From Micavibrio sp. (lineage in GTDB: Bacteria > Patescibacteriota > Minisyncoccia > Moranbacterales > GCA-2747515): 64,000 bases of DNA. The notes under the pieces are model-generated. The model did not search any database. It saw only the letters and a program-made list of their open reading frames with translations, and had not been told where the DNA came from. Within the stretch, counting starts at the first letter, position 1; every line of letters begins with the position of its first letter. The stretch covers positions 8,510-72,509 of the forward strand of contig DYDB01000006.1 of assembly GCA_020718085.1 (NCBI GenBank). Reading direction: 5' to 3'. Positions 49,797 to 58,717 of this stretch are shown here, piece after piece. The position numbers were made by a program, and so were the translations under genes.

Positions 49797-51797
49797 ATGT
49801 TAGGACAATATATTGTTTTTGGGATCATATTCTATTTTTTGAGCTTATTTCTATCTGGCGTTCTGGTGTTTATTGACCGTACGTTCATCAATGCAGCATG
49901 GCTTTTCGTTGTCTCTAACATTGTGGGATTTATTTCGGGTGTCTTGTATTTTGTTGGTTTTTTTGGATATAATATTACAATCGCGCATTTTGATTGGTTT
50001 TTTCAATTTTCACCACATATCGCATCTCTTTCTGCGATCTTTTTTACATTGATCAGCGGGGTTTCCGCGGTTGTGGGTGTGTATAGTGTGCGATATTTGA
50101 CCATCTACGAAAAAACGTATGATCCGCGGTCTGTACTGTTTTTGATGGCATTTTTTGTATTGGGCATGCAGGGAGTGATTGTCGCCAATAATGCATTTTC
50201 ATTTTTATTCTTTTGGGAATTGATGTCCATCTCATCATTTTTTCTTGTTCTTGTTGATCGTACGCAAAAATCAATTTCAGCAGCGTTTTTATATTTCATC
50301 ATGACGCATCTGGGAGCGTCAGCAATCTTGGGTGGATTCTTGATCTTGGGAAACGGTTCTTTTCTTTTTGAACTTTCAGGCATGTATGATGCAGCACAGA
50401 CATTGTCACCAGCGCTTCGCAATACGGCATTTCTTCTTTTCATTTTTGGATTTGGTTCAAAGGCTGGACTCGTACCATTTCACATCTGGCTCCCGGAGGC
50501 GCATCCTCAGGCACCAAGTAATATTTCTGCACTGATGAGCGGGCTGATGTTGAAGATCGCAATATACGGTTTTACAATGATCATACTCGCAATGGGGCAG
50601 ATGCCCGTATGGATCGCTCTGATCGTGTTATTTTTGGGAATGTTGTCCAGTATCGTGGGAGCACTTTATGCTGTTGTCGAGAGGGATATGAAACGTGCAT
50701 TTGCATACAGCAGTATTGAAAACATGGGAATTATCTTTTCCATGTTTGGACTGGCGTTGTATTTCTTTGCACAAGATGCTTCGATGGCTACATTAATGAT
50801 CGGAGTGAGCATAATTGCATTTGCTCTATTTCATGCAGTAAGTCACGCGCTTTTTAAAACGGCGCTCTTTCTTAGCAGTGGTGTTGTGATCAGTCGTACG
50901 CATACGAAGAGTCTTGATGCGATGGGAGGACTTGCAAAAATCATGCCGATTTTCACTGTTGGCTTTCTTGTGGTGACATTGAGCGCTTTGCCAATCCCTC
51001 CATTTGGTACATTTTACGGAGAATGGGGTTTTGTGCAGAATATCATTTTTGCAATGCGAGATATGATCATGGAACCAAAGACAATTGTGTTGCTACTTGG
51101 CACATTGATCGTGACAGGTCTGGTAAGTGGTTTGGCAATTTTTGCGATGATCCGTATTTTTAGCTTGTCGATGCTCGGGTTATCACATGATCCACGAAGA
51201 CCACATCGTGATGAAAGAATGGATCATCTTCTCATTATGCCAATTATCGTTTTGGGCATTACTGTTCTTGTGTGTGGTTTTTTTGCGAGCACGATCGTTG
51301 ATACATTGACTTTTGCGGTATATACAACTGGTGGATATGCGCGAGATATAACAGTAAATATAGCGCCGCATATGGACATGATGGTTGGTGTGGGGACAGT
51401 TTTGTGTTTTTTTGTGGGAGCGGCAATTTATATGTGGATCAAAAAAAATACACGAATGCGTGCATACCATACATGGGATTGTGGACAACCGATTGACGCG
51501 ACAATGCAATACAGTGCAACTGCGTTTTGTGCCCCGATCAGATTTTTTTTCCTTACATTTATCGGGCGTAAAAAGGTCATGTCTTCACAACCAATCATAC
51601 AATCGAACCCGTGGATCGTAAAGAATACATTTGCGTTATCCATACGATCGAAATGGAGTGATATATTCTATGATCCAATTGCAAAAATTCTGCTTTTCAT
51701 TGCTGATCGGATTCGTTTTGTACAAAATGGACGTATTCAATATTACATTCTTTTTCTCTTTCTTGCGTTAATTCTTACTCTTATATTTGTGTTATGA
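49797..51797 (+). CDS. NuoL/MrpA/HyfB-like antiporter-type membrane subunit (666 aa)
   Basis: 'GLVPFHIWLPEAHPQAPSNISALMSG' is the WLPDAxxxxPTPVSAL antiporter-module motif. About 16-18 TM. Confidence 0.85.
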   Translation: MLGQYIVFGIIFYFLSLFLSGVLVFIDRTFINAAWLFVVSNIVGFISGVLYFVGFFGYNITIAHFDWFFQFSPHIASLSAIFFTLISGVSAVVGVYSVRYLTIYEKTYDPRSVLFLMAFFVLGMQGVIVANNAFSFLFFWELMSISSFFLVLVDRTQKSISAAFLYFIMTHLGASAILGGFLILGNGSFLFELSGMYDAAQTLSPALRNTAFLLFIFGFGSKAGLVPFHIWLPEAHPQAPSNISALMSGLMLKIAIYGFTMIILAMGQMPVWIALIVLFLGMLSSIVGALYAVVERDMKRAFAYSSIENMGIIFSMFGLALYFFAQDASMATLMIGVSIIAFALFHAVSHALFKTALFLSSGVVISRTHTKSLDAMGGLAKIMPIFTVGFLVVTLSALPIPPFGTFYGEWGFVQNIIFAMRDMIMEPKTIVLLLGTLIVTGLVSGLAIFAMIRIFSLSMLGLSHDPRRPHRDERMDHLLIMPIIVLGITVLVCGFFASTIVDTLTFAVYTTGGYARDITVNIAPHMDMMVGVGTVLCFFVGAAIYMWIKKNTRMRAYHTWDCGQPIDATMQYSATAFCAPIRFFFLTFIGRKKVMSSQPIIQSNPWIVKNTFALSIRSKWSDIFYDPIAKILLFIADRIRFVQNGRIQYYILFLFLALILTLIFVL

Positions 51798-53395
51798 ATT
51801 CCTTAATAGCCATTTCTATACAGATCATATTTGTTTTGTTGGTTGCACCGTTTGCATCTGGTATGGTTCGGTTTGTAAAAGCGCGCTTACAAGGAAGGCA
51901 TGGTGCGTCACCATTTCTTCCATATATAACATTATTAACTTTGATGCGTAAAGAGATGGTTGTATCATCTGCAACATCGTGGATATTTCACGTTGTGCCA
52001 TTTGTGGTTTTGGGAAGCACATTTGCTTTAGCGTGTATTGTGCCAACGATCTTTGTAGGAACATCAGTTGCAAATGTGAGTGATTTTTTGGTTGTGGCAG
52101 GCATACTGATCATTGGCTCAGTTTTCTTGGTCATGGGTGGTTTGGATACGGGAAGTGCGTTCGGTGGTATGGGCTCAAGTCGTGAGATGACAATTGCCGC
52201 GTTGTTGGAACCAGTGATCATTATGGTTTTTGCGACACTGAGTTTTGTAACGGGAACGTCAACAATTGATGGTATGTTACAACAACAATTGAGTTTTGCG
52301 GATCCGTATTTGTTTTTAATTATTGGCGCTCTTGGACTTGTTGCATTGGCGGAAAACGCACGATATCCTGTAGATAATCCTGCAACACATTTGGAATTAA
52401 CAATGGTACATGAGGCAATGATCTTGGAATATTCCGGTGCGTATCTGGCTTTGTTGGAGTATGCAGCAGCAATTAAGTTAACAATCTTTTCTCTCCTTAT
52501 TGCAAACTTTGCTTTTCCTCAGACGATGCTCAGTGGTTCTTTGGAGGGTGGTATCGCAGCTGTTGGTGTGGGAATGGTTTATGCCACAGTAAAGATCATT
52601 GTAGTGATGATCGGTTTGGCTTTTGTAGAATCTTTACTGGTAAAAATGCGATTCTATCGTATGTCTGAATATTTTTCTATTGCTTTTGTTGTAGCATTGT
52701 TGGGCATGATCGTTGCTCTTTTTTCCCAACATGCCGGAGTATCGATGCAATATCATGTGCTTTTCTCGCTGTGTACGATCATTTGCATCGTCTTATTATT
52801 TGGACGCGTGCGTCTCAAGGCTATGTTGCGATACTATGCAATCTCTTCTTTTGCGATTGCAGGTATCGCGTGGGGATTATTACCACTTGTAGTGGAGGAA
52901 GAAAGGATTCATTTGTGGATATTTGCTCTTTTCACAATTGTGACAAAAACATTCGCAGTACCATATGTGATCAATCATGCGGGGCATGTGAAGAAAAGTC
53001 TCACAAACCTCCCATCGTTTTTACGACCGGGGAAAAGTTATTTTCTAGCGGTTATTCTTCTTATGATCACATACTTTGTTTTGAATGAAGTGTCTATTAC
53101 GGGTCTCATTAAATGGAATTCTTTACTTTATGCATCTGTTGCCTCAATTGTTCTTGGCATTGCTCTGATGATCATTAAGAGAAATATTTTTTCGCAAATC
53201 ATCGGATTATTGATCATAGAAAATGGAATCGCAATTTTTGTGTTGGCAACAGTTGGTTCATTGCCAGTGATGATCGAATTTGGCATTTTTGCCGTGACAG
53301 TGGCAACTGCATACATTTTGGCATTGTTGAGTGCACAGATCAATGAACTGTATGGTAGTACTGATACGGAAGACCTGCGAGAACTGATCGAGTAA
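51794..53395 (+). CDS. Fusion of a NuoH/HycD-like subunit with a NuoK/HyfE-like C-terminal module (533 aa)
   Basis: N-terminal 'KARLQGRHGASPFLPYITLLTLMRKE' matches NuoH/HycD 'R.QxRxGPxxLQPxxDxLKLxxKE'. C-terminal 'IIGLLIIENGIAIFVLATVGSLPVMIEFGIFAVTVATAYIL' is NuoK/HyfE-like with a membrane-embedded Glu. The start overlaps the upstream stop (ATGA). Confidence 0.7.
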   Translation: MNSLIAISIQIIFVLLVAPFASGMVRFVKARLQGRHGASPFLPYITLLTLMRKEMVVSSATSWIFHVVPFVVLGSTFALACIVPTIFVGTSVANVSDFLVVAGILIIGSVFLVMGGLDTGSAFGGMGSSREMTIAALLEPVIIMVFATLSFVTGTSTIDGMLQQQLSFADPYLFLIIGALGLVALAENARYPVDNPATHLELTMVHEAMILEYSGAYLALLEYAAAIKLTIFSLLIANFAFPQTMLSGSLEGGIAAVGVGMVYATVKIIVVMIGLAFVESLLVKMRFYRMSEYFSIAFVVALLGMIVALFSQHAGVSMQYHVLFSLCTIICIVLLFGRVRLKAMLRYYAISSFAIAGIAWGLLPLVVEEERIHLWIFALFTIVTKTFAVPYVINHAGHVKKSLTNLPSFLRPGKSYFLAVILLMITYFVLNEVSITGLIKWNSLLYASVASIVLGIALMIIKRNIFSQIIGLLIIENGIAIFVLATVGSLPVMIEFGIFAVTVATAYILALLSAQINELYGSTDTEDLRELIE

Positions 53396-53414
53396 TTTCT
53401 TATCTTATTTTATT

Positions 53415-54890
53415 ATGATCATTATATTATTAACATTGTTCATTCTCACAGCAATTGGTGCGTGGTTTGGACGTAATGCAAAAAATGTGCGCACTGTCAG
53501 TGTATTTTTAGCCGCGTTAAGTAGCATTATGCTCGTACTGGCTGCATGGTCACCAGTAATGTATGGACAGATCGCGCGATATGGATCATGGTGGACGATT
53601 GATGGTTTTTCGGGTCTCATGATCATATTGATCGCATGCGTATACATGGCCACTGTTGCGATTAGCGTGCGATATATCGGTCATGAATTGGCAAGTCAAA
53701 TCATTTCTTTCAATCAGTATCGGTTGTATTTTACATTACTTCCGATCTTTGCTTTGTGTATGGTGATCACTGTACTTACCAATAACTCTCTGGTGTTATG
53801 GCTTGCATTGGAAGGAACAACACTTTTTTCAACATTTCTTGTAGGTCTGTACCGTAAAAAAACAAGCATTGAAGCAGCATGGAAATACATGATCCTTTGC
53901 TCAACGGGCATTAGTATTGGTTTAGTTGGTATTTTGTTATTGAGCTATGGTGTGCATGACAGCGAAATTCGTGGAGGTGAAATGTTCTTGATCAGCACAT
54001 TAGTGGAACATGCACAACTGATCCCAGAAAATATTATAAAACTTTCTTTCGTCCTGCTCTTTATTGGTTTTGGAACAAAGGTGGGTCTGGTTCCAATGCA
54101 TACATGGTTACCCGATGCACATAGTAAAGCACCATCTCCAATTTCTGCTATTTTTTCGGCGGTATTGCTCAATGTTGCACTTTATGCAATTATCCGTTTC
54201 AAATACATTGCGGATGTATCCTTTGGAAATGCAGAATGGACGAGTCAGTTATTTGTGATATTTGGATGCATCTCAGTATTTTTGGCTGCACTTATGATGC
54301 TCATTCAACAAAATTATAAACGCATGTTGGCATATTCCAGTATTGAACACATGGGACTTATACTTTTTGCGATCGGACTTTCTCCATTTGGCGCAATTGC
54401 TGCTGTGATGCATATGATCGGACACACATTTGCTAAGTCAGCACTTTTTTTTGGTGCTGGTGAGATCCTGATCCGTTGGAAAACGACAAAGATCCCAAAA
54501 ATTGCCAATATGTATGTGCAAGCGCCGTATACAAGCATTCTTTTTATCATTGCAATCTTGGGCATTATTGCAATCCCACCATCAGCACTTTTTGTGAGTG
54601 AGTACGGTATGTTTGCGCAGGCGATCATCATGTATCCAAAAACTACATTAGCACTTTTTGTTGCTCTGGCTGTGATCGCTTATGCGATGCTCTCTCTCAC
54701 GATCACGATGGTCTTTCATGAGGATGAGAGTAAGATAAATGGAAGTATCAAGAAGGAGTCATGGAATATTACACATACAGTGATCGTGATCGAACTGGTC
54801 ATAATTGTGATCTTTGCAATGTGGTTTACAACAACACAGGGTTCTGACGTGATCAACAATATCGTTAATAGTTTTTTGTTTATAAAATAA
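53415..54890 (+). CDS. NuoM/NuoN/MrpD/HyfF-like antiporter-type membrane subunit
   Basis: 'GLVPMHTWLPDAHSKAPSPISAIFSAVLLNVALYAIIRF' is the canonical antiporter-module motif. 491 aa, ~14 TM. Confidence 0.85.
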   Translation: MIIILLTLFILTAIGAWFGRNAKNVRTVSVFLAALSSIMLVLAAWSPVMYGQIARYGSWWTIDGFSGLMIILIACVYMATVAISVRYIGHELASQIISFNQYRLYFTLLPIFALCMVITVLTNNSLVLWLALEGTTLFSTFLVGLYRKKTSIEAAWKYMILCSTGISIGLVGILLLSYGVHDSEIRGGEMFLISTLVEHAQLIPENIIKLSFVLLFIGFGTKVGLVPMHTWLPDAHSKAPSPISAIFSAVLLNVALYAIIRFKYIADVSFGNAEWTSQLFVIFGCISVFLAALMMLIQQNYKRMLAYSSIEHMGLILFAIGLSPFGAIAAVMHMIGHTFAKSALFFGAGEILIRWKTTKIPKIANMYVQAPYTSILFIIAILGIIAIPPSALFVSEYGMFAQAIIMYPKTTLALFVALAVIAYAMLSLTITMVFHEDESKINGSIKKESWNITHTVIVIELVIIVIFAMWFTTTQGSDVINNIVNSFLFIK

Positions 54891-54908
54891 GTGGGATGCA
54901 TGTGATCT

Positions 54909-56489
54909 ATGATCATGCACAATAAGAATATGGATATCAAAGAAATCAGCAATCGTTTTCAAAACATGACAATAGTTTCTGTGGATGAAAGTCTCATGTG
55001 TGTTCGTGTCTCACGTGAGGATCTTGCACATGTCATCACATCTCTTGTAGAAGAAGGTCAGGCGCAACTATCATCTCTTTTTGCCACAGACGATCGACAA
55101 GAACAAGGTGTATTTGGTGTACATGCGATTTGCAGCATATACGATGTACCTCAGCGAATGATGATCTCTATTTCCATTCCTGCTGATGATCCACAATATC
55201 CATCGATCACACAAACGGTTATGGCTGCGCATTGGTATGAACGTTATATGAGGGATATGTTTGGTATTGAACCTGTTGGACATCCAGATTTGCGACGATT
55301 GGTGCATCATGAAAATGTGCCAGAAAATATTCATCCACTCAGAAAAGATTTTGCATGGAATACGAAAATGCCAAAAGCAAACATCGCATATCCGATGCAC
55401 CATATAAAGGGAGAGGGTATATTTGAAATTCCTGTCGGACCGATTCATGCAGGTATCATTGAGCCGGGACACTTTCGTTTCAATGTGGCAGGGGAACGCA
55501 TTCTTACACTAGAGGGCAAGTTATTTTTTACACACAAGGGTGTAGAAAAATTGGTGGAAAACAAGAAACCTATTGATGCGTTACCCTTTATTGAAAGATT
55601 GTCTGGAGACATGAGTGCTGCACATGCACTTGCATATGTGGAGGCTGTGGAAAAGATCGGGCAATGTCATGTATCAAAACGAGCACAGATGTTGCGTGCG
55701 ATCATCACGGAATGTGAGCGTATCACAATGCATATACATGACCTTGCAAATATCGGCGGCATGGGAACAGGATACAGTTTTATTGCGGCGAATGGATTTC
55801 GTATCAAAGAACGTATGATGCGTTTGTCAGATGAGCTATGTGGTAATCGTTTTTGGCGGGGCGTTATCACAATTGGCGGCATGACAAGGGATTGGACTAC
55901 AGATGAACTTGATCATGTAGTTGCGACCTCTTATGAAGCATGGCAAGAAATTGCACATATTGTATCTTTGGCATTGGACAGTGAAGGATTCCTGGATCGT
56001 TTACAGTATACGGGGGAATTGCCATACGAGGCGGCGCAGGCGTTTGGGGCTGTTGGATTACCTGCACGTGCTTCTGGTGTGGATCGTGATGTGCGCAGAG
56101 ATTATCCATATGCATCATATACAGACTTTCCGGTAACGGTGATCAAAAAGAAAAGTAGCGATGTGTTTGCGCGATACCGTATGCGTATCTTAGAAATTGA
56201 ACAATCTATTGCGTTGATTAAAACACTTGTAGCAGAAATTGCGGACGGAGAGGTTATGACATCATGTGAACCGAAAAATGGCCTTGCTATTGGTTCAGTG
56301 GAGTCATGGAGGGGTGAAATTATTTGTGTGGTACGCATAAATAATGGCGTGATCGACAGATGTTTTCCACGTGATCCGTCTTTTTGTAATTGGGCGCTTT
56401 TTGGTATTATGGGGCCTGGTAATATTGTGCCGGATTTTCCACTAATTAATAAAAGTTTAAATCTCTCCTATTCGGGAACGGATCTATAG
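54909..56489 (+). CDS. Fused NuoC-like + NuoD/[NiFe]-hydrogenase-large-subunit-like protein lacking all four NiFe-binding cysteines
   Basis: N-terminal NuoC-like 'AAHWYERYMRDMFGIEPVGHPDLRRL'. The large-subunit region where hydrogenases carry RxCGxCxxxH reads 'ERLSGDMSAAHALAYVEAVE'. The C-terminal 'VESWRGEI...RDPSFCNWALFGIM...SLNLSYSGTDL' lacks the DPCxxCxxH motif. Confidence 0.8.
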   Translation: MIMHNKNMDIKEISNRFQNMTIVSVDESLMCVRVSREDLAHVITSLVEEGQAQLSSLFATDDRQEQGVFGVHAICSIYDVPQRMMISISIPADDPQYPSITQTVMAAHWYERYMRDMFGIEPVGHPDLRRLVHHENVPENIHPLRKDFAWNTKMPKANIAYPMHHIKGEGIFEIPVGPIHAGIIEPGHFRFNVAGERILTLEGKLFFTHKGVEKLVENKKPIDALPFIERLSGDMSAAHALAYVEAVEKIGQCHVSKRAQMLRAIITECERITMHIHDLANIGGMGTGYSFIAANGFRIKERMMRLSDELCGNRFWRGVITIGGMTRDWTTDELDHVVATSYEAWQEIAHIVSLALDSEGFLDRLQYTGELPYEAAQAFGAVGLPARASGVDRDVRRDYPYASYTDFPVTVIKKKSSDVFARYRMRILEIEQSIALIKTLVAEIADGEVMTSCEPKNGLAIGSVESWRGEIICVVRINNGVIDRCFPRDPSFCNWALFGIMGPGNIVPDFPLINKSLNLSYSGTDL

Positions 56490-56584
56490 TTTTTCGTGCG
56501 TAAGCACATTAGTAGGGCGTGTATAGTTCTTTATCATGGCAATAAGTAGTTCATTAAAATATATACAACAGCGAGGATTGATTC

Positions 56585-57496
56585 ATGTATGATCAAAATG
56601 GAAAAAAAATTGTGGCTACGGTACCTTTTTTTGATGGTGAATGTAATGCAATTGTTGCAATGCCGATCAGTTTTAATTTTATGGATGAAATGATTGGTTG
56701 TACACGAGTTGCATTGGGTATGAAGAGATTTGATCTCTTGGGTATCCCTGGATTTTCCAAGAGAGTATCTCTTGATAGTAAAACTGTTTTGGATACGATC
56801 ACACTCGCAGTTACAAAACACCTTGTTCGTGACATTGTGATATTTCAGCACATGGATTTTCACAATGATGGTAATTCGACACGATTTGTGAGTAGGCTTG
56901 ATGAGGACTATTATCATAAAAGGATCCTTATTGATGCAGCACAGAAGATCAAAACGCTATATCCAGAAATAAATGTGGCATTGATCTATGCAAGGATTGT
57001 AAAAAGCAAGAGCGAGATTGAGTTTTCCAAGATCTTCCAAAGTGGTAATGAAGAAGTGTGTCTGCGCACTCCGTTTCTTTTTGGGAAGGTGAATACATGT
57101 GGAAATACGGTTATACAATGTTTGGATTATCGATTCAGGGCAGAAACACGACAATGTATTCAAAATGCCTTTGGCGTCGAACATTTCAATATCATCGGTC
57201 TTCCTGGATCTACAAAATCGTTTTTGGAGGGAAGCATGACTGCGTGGAAGGGAATTAAAATGTCCTATGAAAAACATGGTTGTCGGAGGTTTTTCATCGT
57301 TCATCATGAGGATTGTGGTGCATATGGAAGTTCCAGATCTTTTGTCAATCCTGAAAAGGAAGAAGCCTTTCACAATGTACAATTGTGTGCAATGAGAGAT
57401 CGACTTGTAAAAATGTACACAGATGTTGACGTTATACTGATCTATGCAAAGCTCATTGGCACAACAAATCGAATGATCCAATTCATTGTTGTATGA
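56585..57496 (+). CDS. Beta-carbonic-anhydrase-like protein (internally duplicated pseudo-dimer; C-terminal half retains the complete zinc-site motif), last gene of the cluster
   Basis: C-terminal half: 'VIQCLDYRFRAE' (C-x-D-x-R), 'FNIIGLPGSTKSF', 'FFIVHHEDCGAYG' (H-x-x-C-G-A, cf. beta-CA HSDCGA/HTNCGG). N-terminal half is the degenerate repeat: 'AIVAMPISFNFMDE', 'FDLLGIPGFSKRV', 'IVIFQHMDFHNDG'. Confidence 0.5.
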   Translation: MYDQNGKKIVATVPFFDGECNAIVAMPISFNFMDEMIGCTRVALGMKRFDLLGIPGFSKRVSLDSKTVLDTITLAVTKHLVRDIVIFQHMDFHNDGNSTRFVSRLDEDYYHKRILIDAAQKIKTLYPEINVALIYARIVKSKSEIEFSKIFQSGNEEVCLRTPFLFGKVNTCGNTVIQCLDYRFRAETRQCIQNAFGVEHFNIIGLPGSTKSFLEGSMTAWKGIKMSYEKHGCRRFFIVHHEDCGAYGSSRSFVNPEKEEAFHNVQLCAMRDRLVKMYTDVDVILIYAKLIGTTNRMIQFIVV

Positions 57497-57519
57497 TACA
57501 TGTGTTACAATAGGAGATC

Positions 57520-57550
57520 TCTAATTTAGAGATCTCCTATCTTCATATAT
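57520..57550. promoter_or_regulatory. Perfect 13-bp inverted repeat ATAGGAGATCTCT-aattt-AGAGATCTCCTAT: terminator-like hairpin or operator
   Basis: Located 24 bp after the 57496 stop. Not followed by a T-run. A TATAAT-like box follows at ~57565. Confidence 0.4.
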
Positions 57551-57633
57551 TCTTATTTGATCGCATGCGGTATAATCAATAGGGTATGAAGATGTTGCGA
57601 TGGTTTTTTGTATGAATTTAAACAATACGTATT

Positions 57634-58098
57634 ATGTTTACAATTGGTGCATTCGGTGTGATCATTAACAAAAATAATGAAGTTCTTTTGTGTCACCGGC
57701 GAGATAAGGACATCTGGGATATTCCTGGTGGTATGGTGGAACGCGGTGAATCTCCATGGGAGGGTGCTGTGAGAGAGATAAAAGAAGAGGTTGGGCTTGA
57801 TATTGAGATCGTGCGATTGGTTGGTGTGTATAGCAAAAAAAAGAAAAATGATGTGATATTTTCTTTTTTATGCAAAATTTGTGGTGGTGAGATCTCGTTA
57901 ACAGATGAGGCAGATGAGATCGCGTATTTTTCCATAGATGATCTGCCAAAAAATTTATCACCAAAACATGTAGAGCGAATTATGGATGCGACACAAGGTG
58001 CTGCACGCACTCTTTTGAAAATACAAAGTGATTTATCCGGATGGGATTTAGTGCAACGTGCATATAAAAAAGAAAAAAGTGATATAGGTTCTATATGA
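57634..58098 (+). CDS. NUDIX hydrolase
   Basis: Nudix box 'GGMVERGESPWEGAVREIKEEVGLDIEI' (GX5EX7REUXEEXGU). Confidence 0.9.
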   Translation: MFTIGAFGVIINKNNEVLLCHRRDKDIWDIPGGMVERGESPWEGAVREIKEEVGLDIEIVRLVGVYSKKKKNDVIFSFLCKICGGEISLTDEADEIAYFSIDDLPKNLSPKHVERIMDATQGAARTLLKIQSDLSGWDLVQRAYKKEKSDIGSI

Positions 58099-58400
58099 GC
58101 AAAAATCATCGCAGCGGTGGAAAAATGGGTGGAAGGCACACAACGGTAATTGATGCGTCAAAACCGATTATTGATCATCTTCTCAAAAATCCTTATGTTA
58201 CAAATATTATTGCAGGGCGCATTAAAACTGGGATTGGAGCTGCTCCTCAAAGACTTAAATTACGCGAGGAATCGGGATGCTTGTTGATCACTGTTCGTGG
58301 TAGCGCAAGTATGCAAGAAATACGAGTCTTCTCTACAGAAATGCAGAAAGTTATTAATGATCTGCAAAATGAGTTCACGAAACTATGCAAGAAAAAATGA
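58095..58400 (+). CDS. Hypothetical protein (101 aa). Its start overlaps the NUDIX stop (ATGA)
   Basis: Translationally coupled ORF. No family recognised. Confidence 0.4.
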   Translation: MSKNHRSGGKMGGRHTTVIDASKPIIDHLLKNPYVTNIIAGRIKTGIGAAPQRLKLREESGCLLITVRGSASMQEIRVFSTEMQKVINDLQNEFTKLCKKK

Positions 58401-58717
58401 TCTGTTATGGATAAAATATTCGTCACGGGTGCTTTTTTTGATGGTACATGATTGCAAGATCCATTAAAATGGTATAAATATTTGATGGATGCTTTAGCAA
58501 TATTTTATTCGTGACAATGTCCATTTGGAGGTGTTCTTGAAGAGGTGAAAAAATAGAAAAAACCATTAATTCAAGCCATTTTTTGGCATTTGTGCATAAC
58601 TTTTCATTGACTTTTTCGCTCATTTTAGTATACTTGGTTCTGCGTGTGTTTTTTATAGACACACTTCTTTGTTTCTTAGCAAGGAGCGAAGTGGGGGTTT
58701 TATTCGTAAAACAACTT

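Noticed and set aside
54909-56489. Calling the large subunit a bona fide [NiFe] hydrogenase (Ech/Hyf/Mbh)
   Set aside because: Both NiFe cysteine pairs are absent: 'LSGDMSAAH' replaces RxCGxCxxxH, and the C-terminus has no DPCxxC. The small subunit lacks 3 of 4 Fe-S cysteines. No hyp maturation genes are nearby.
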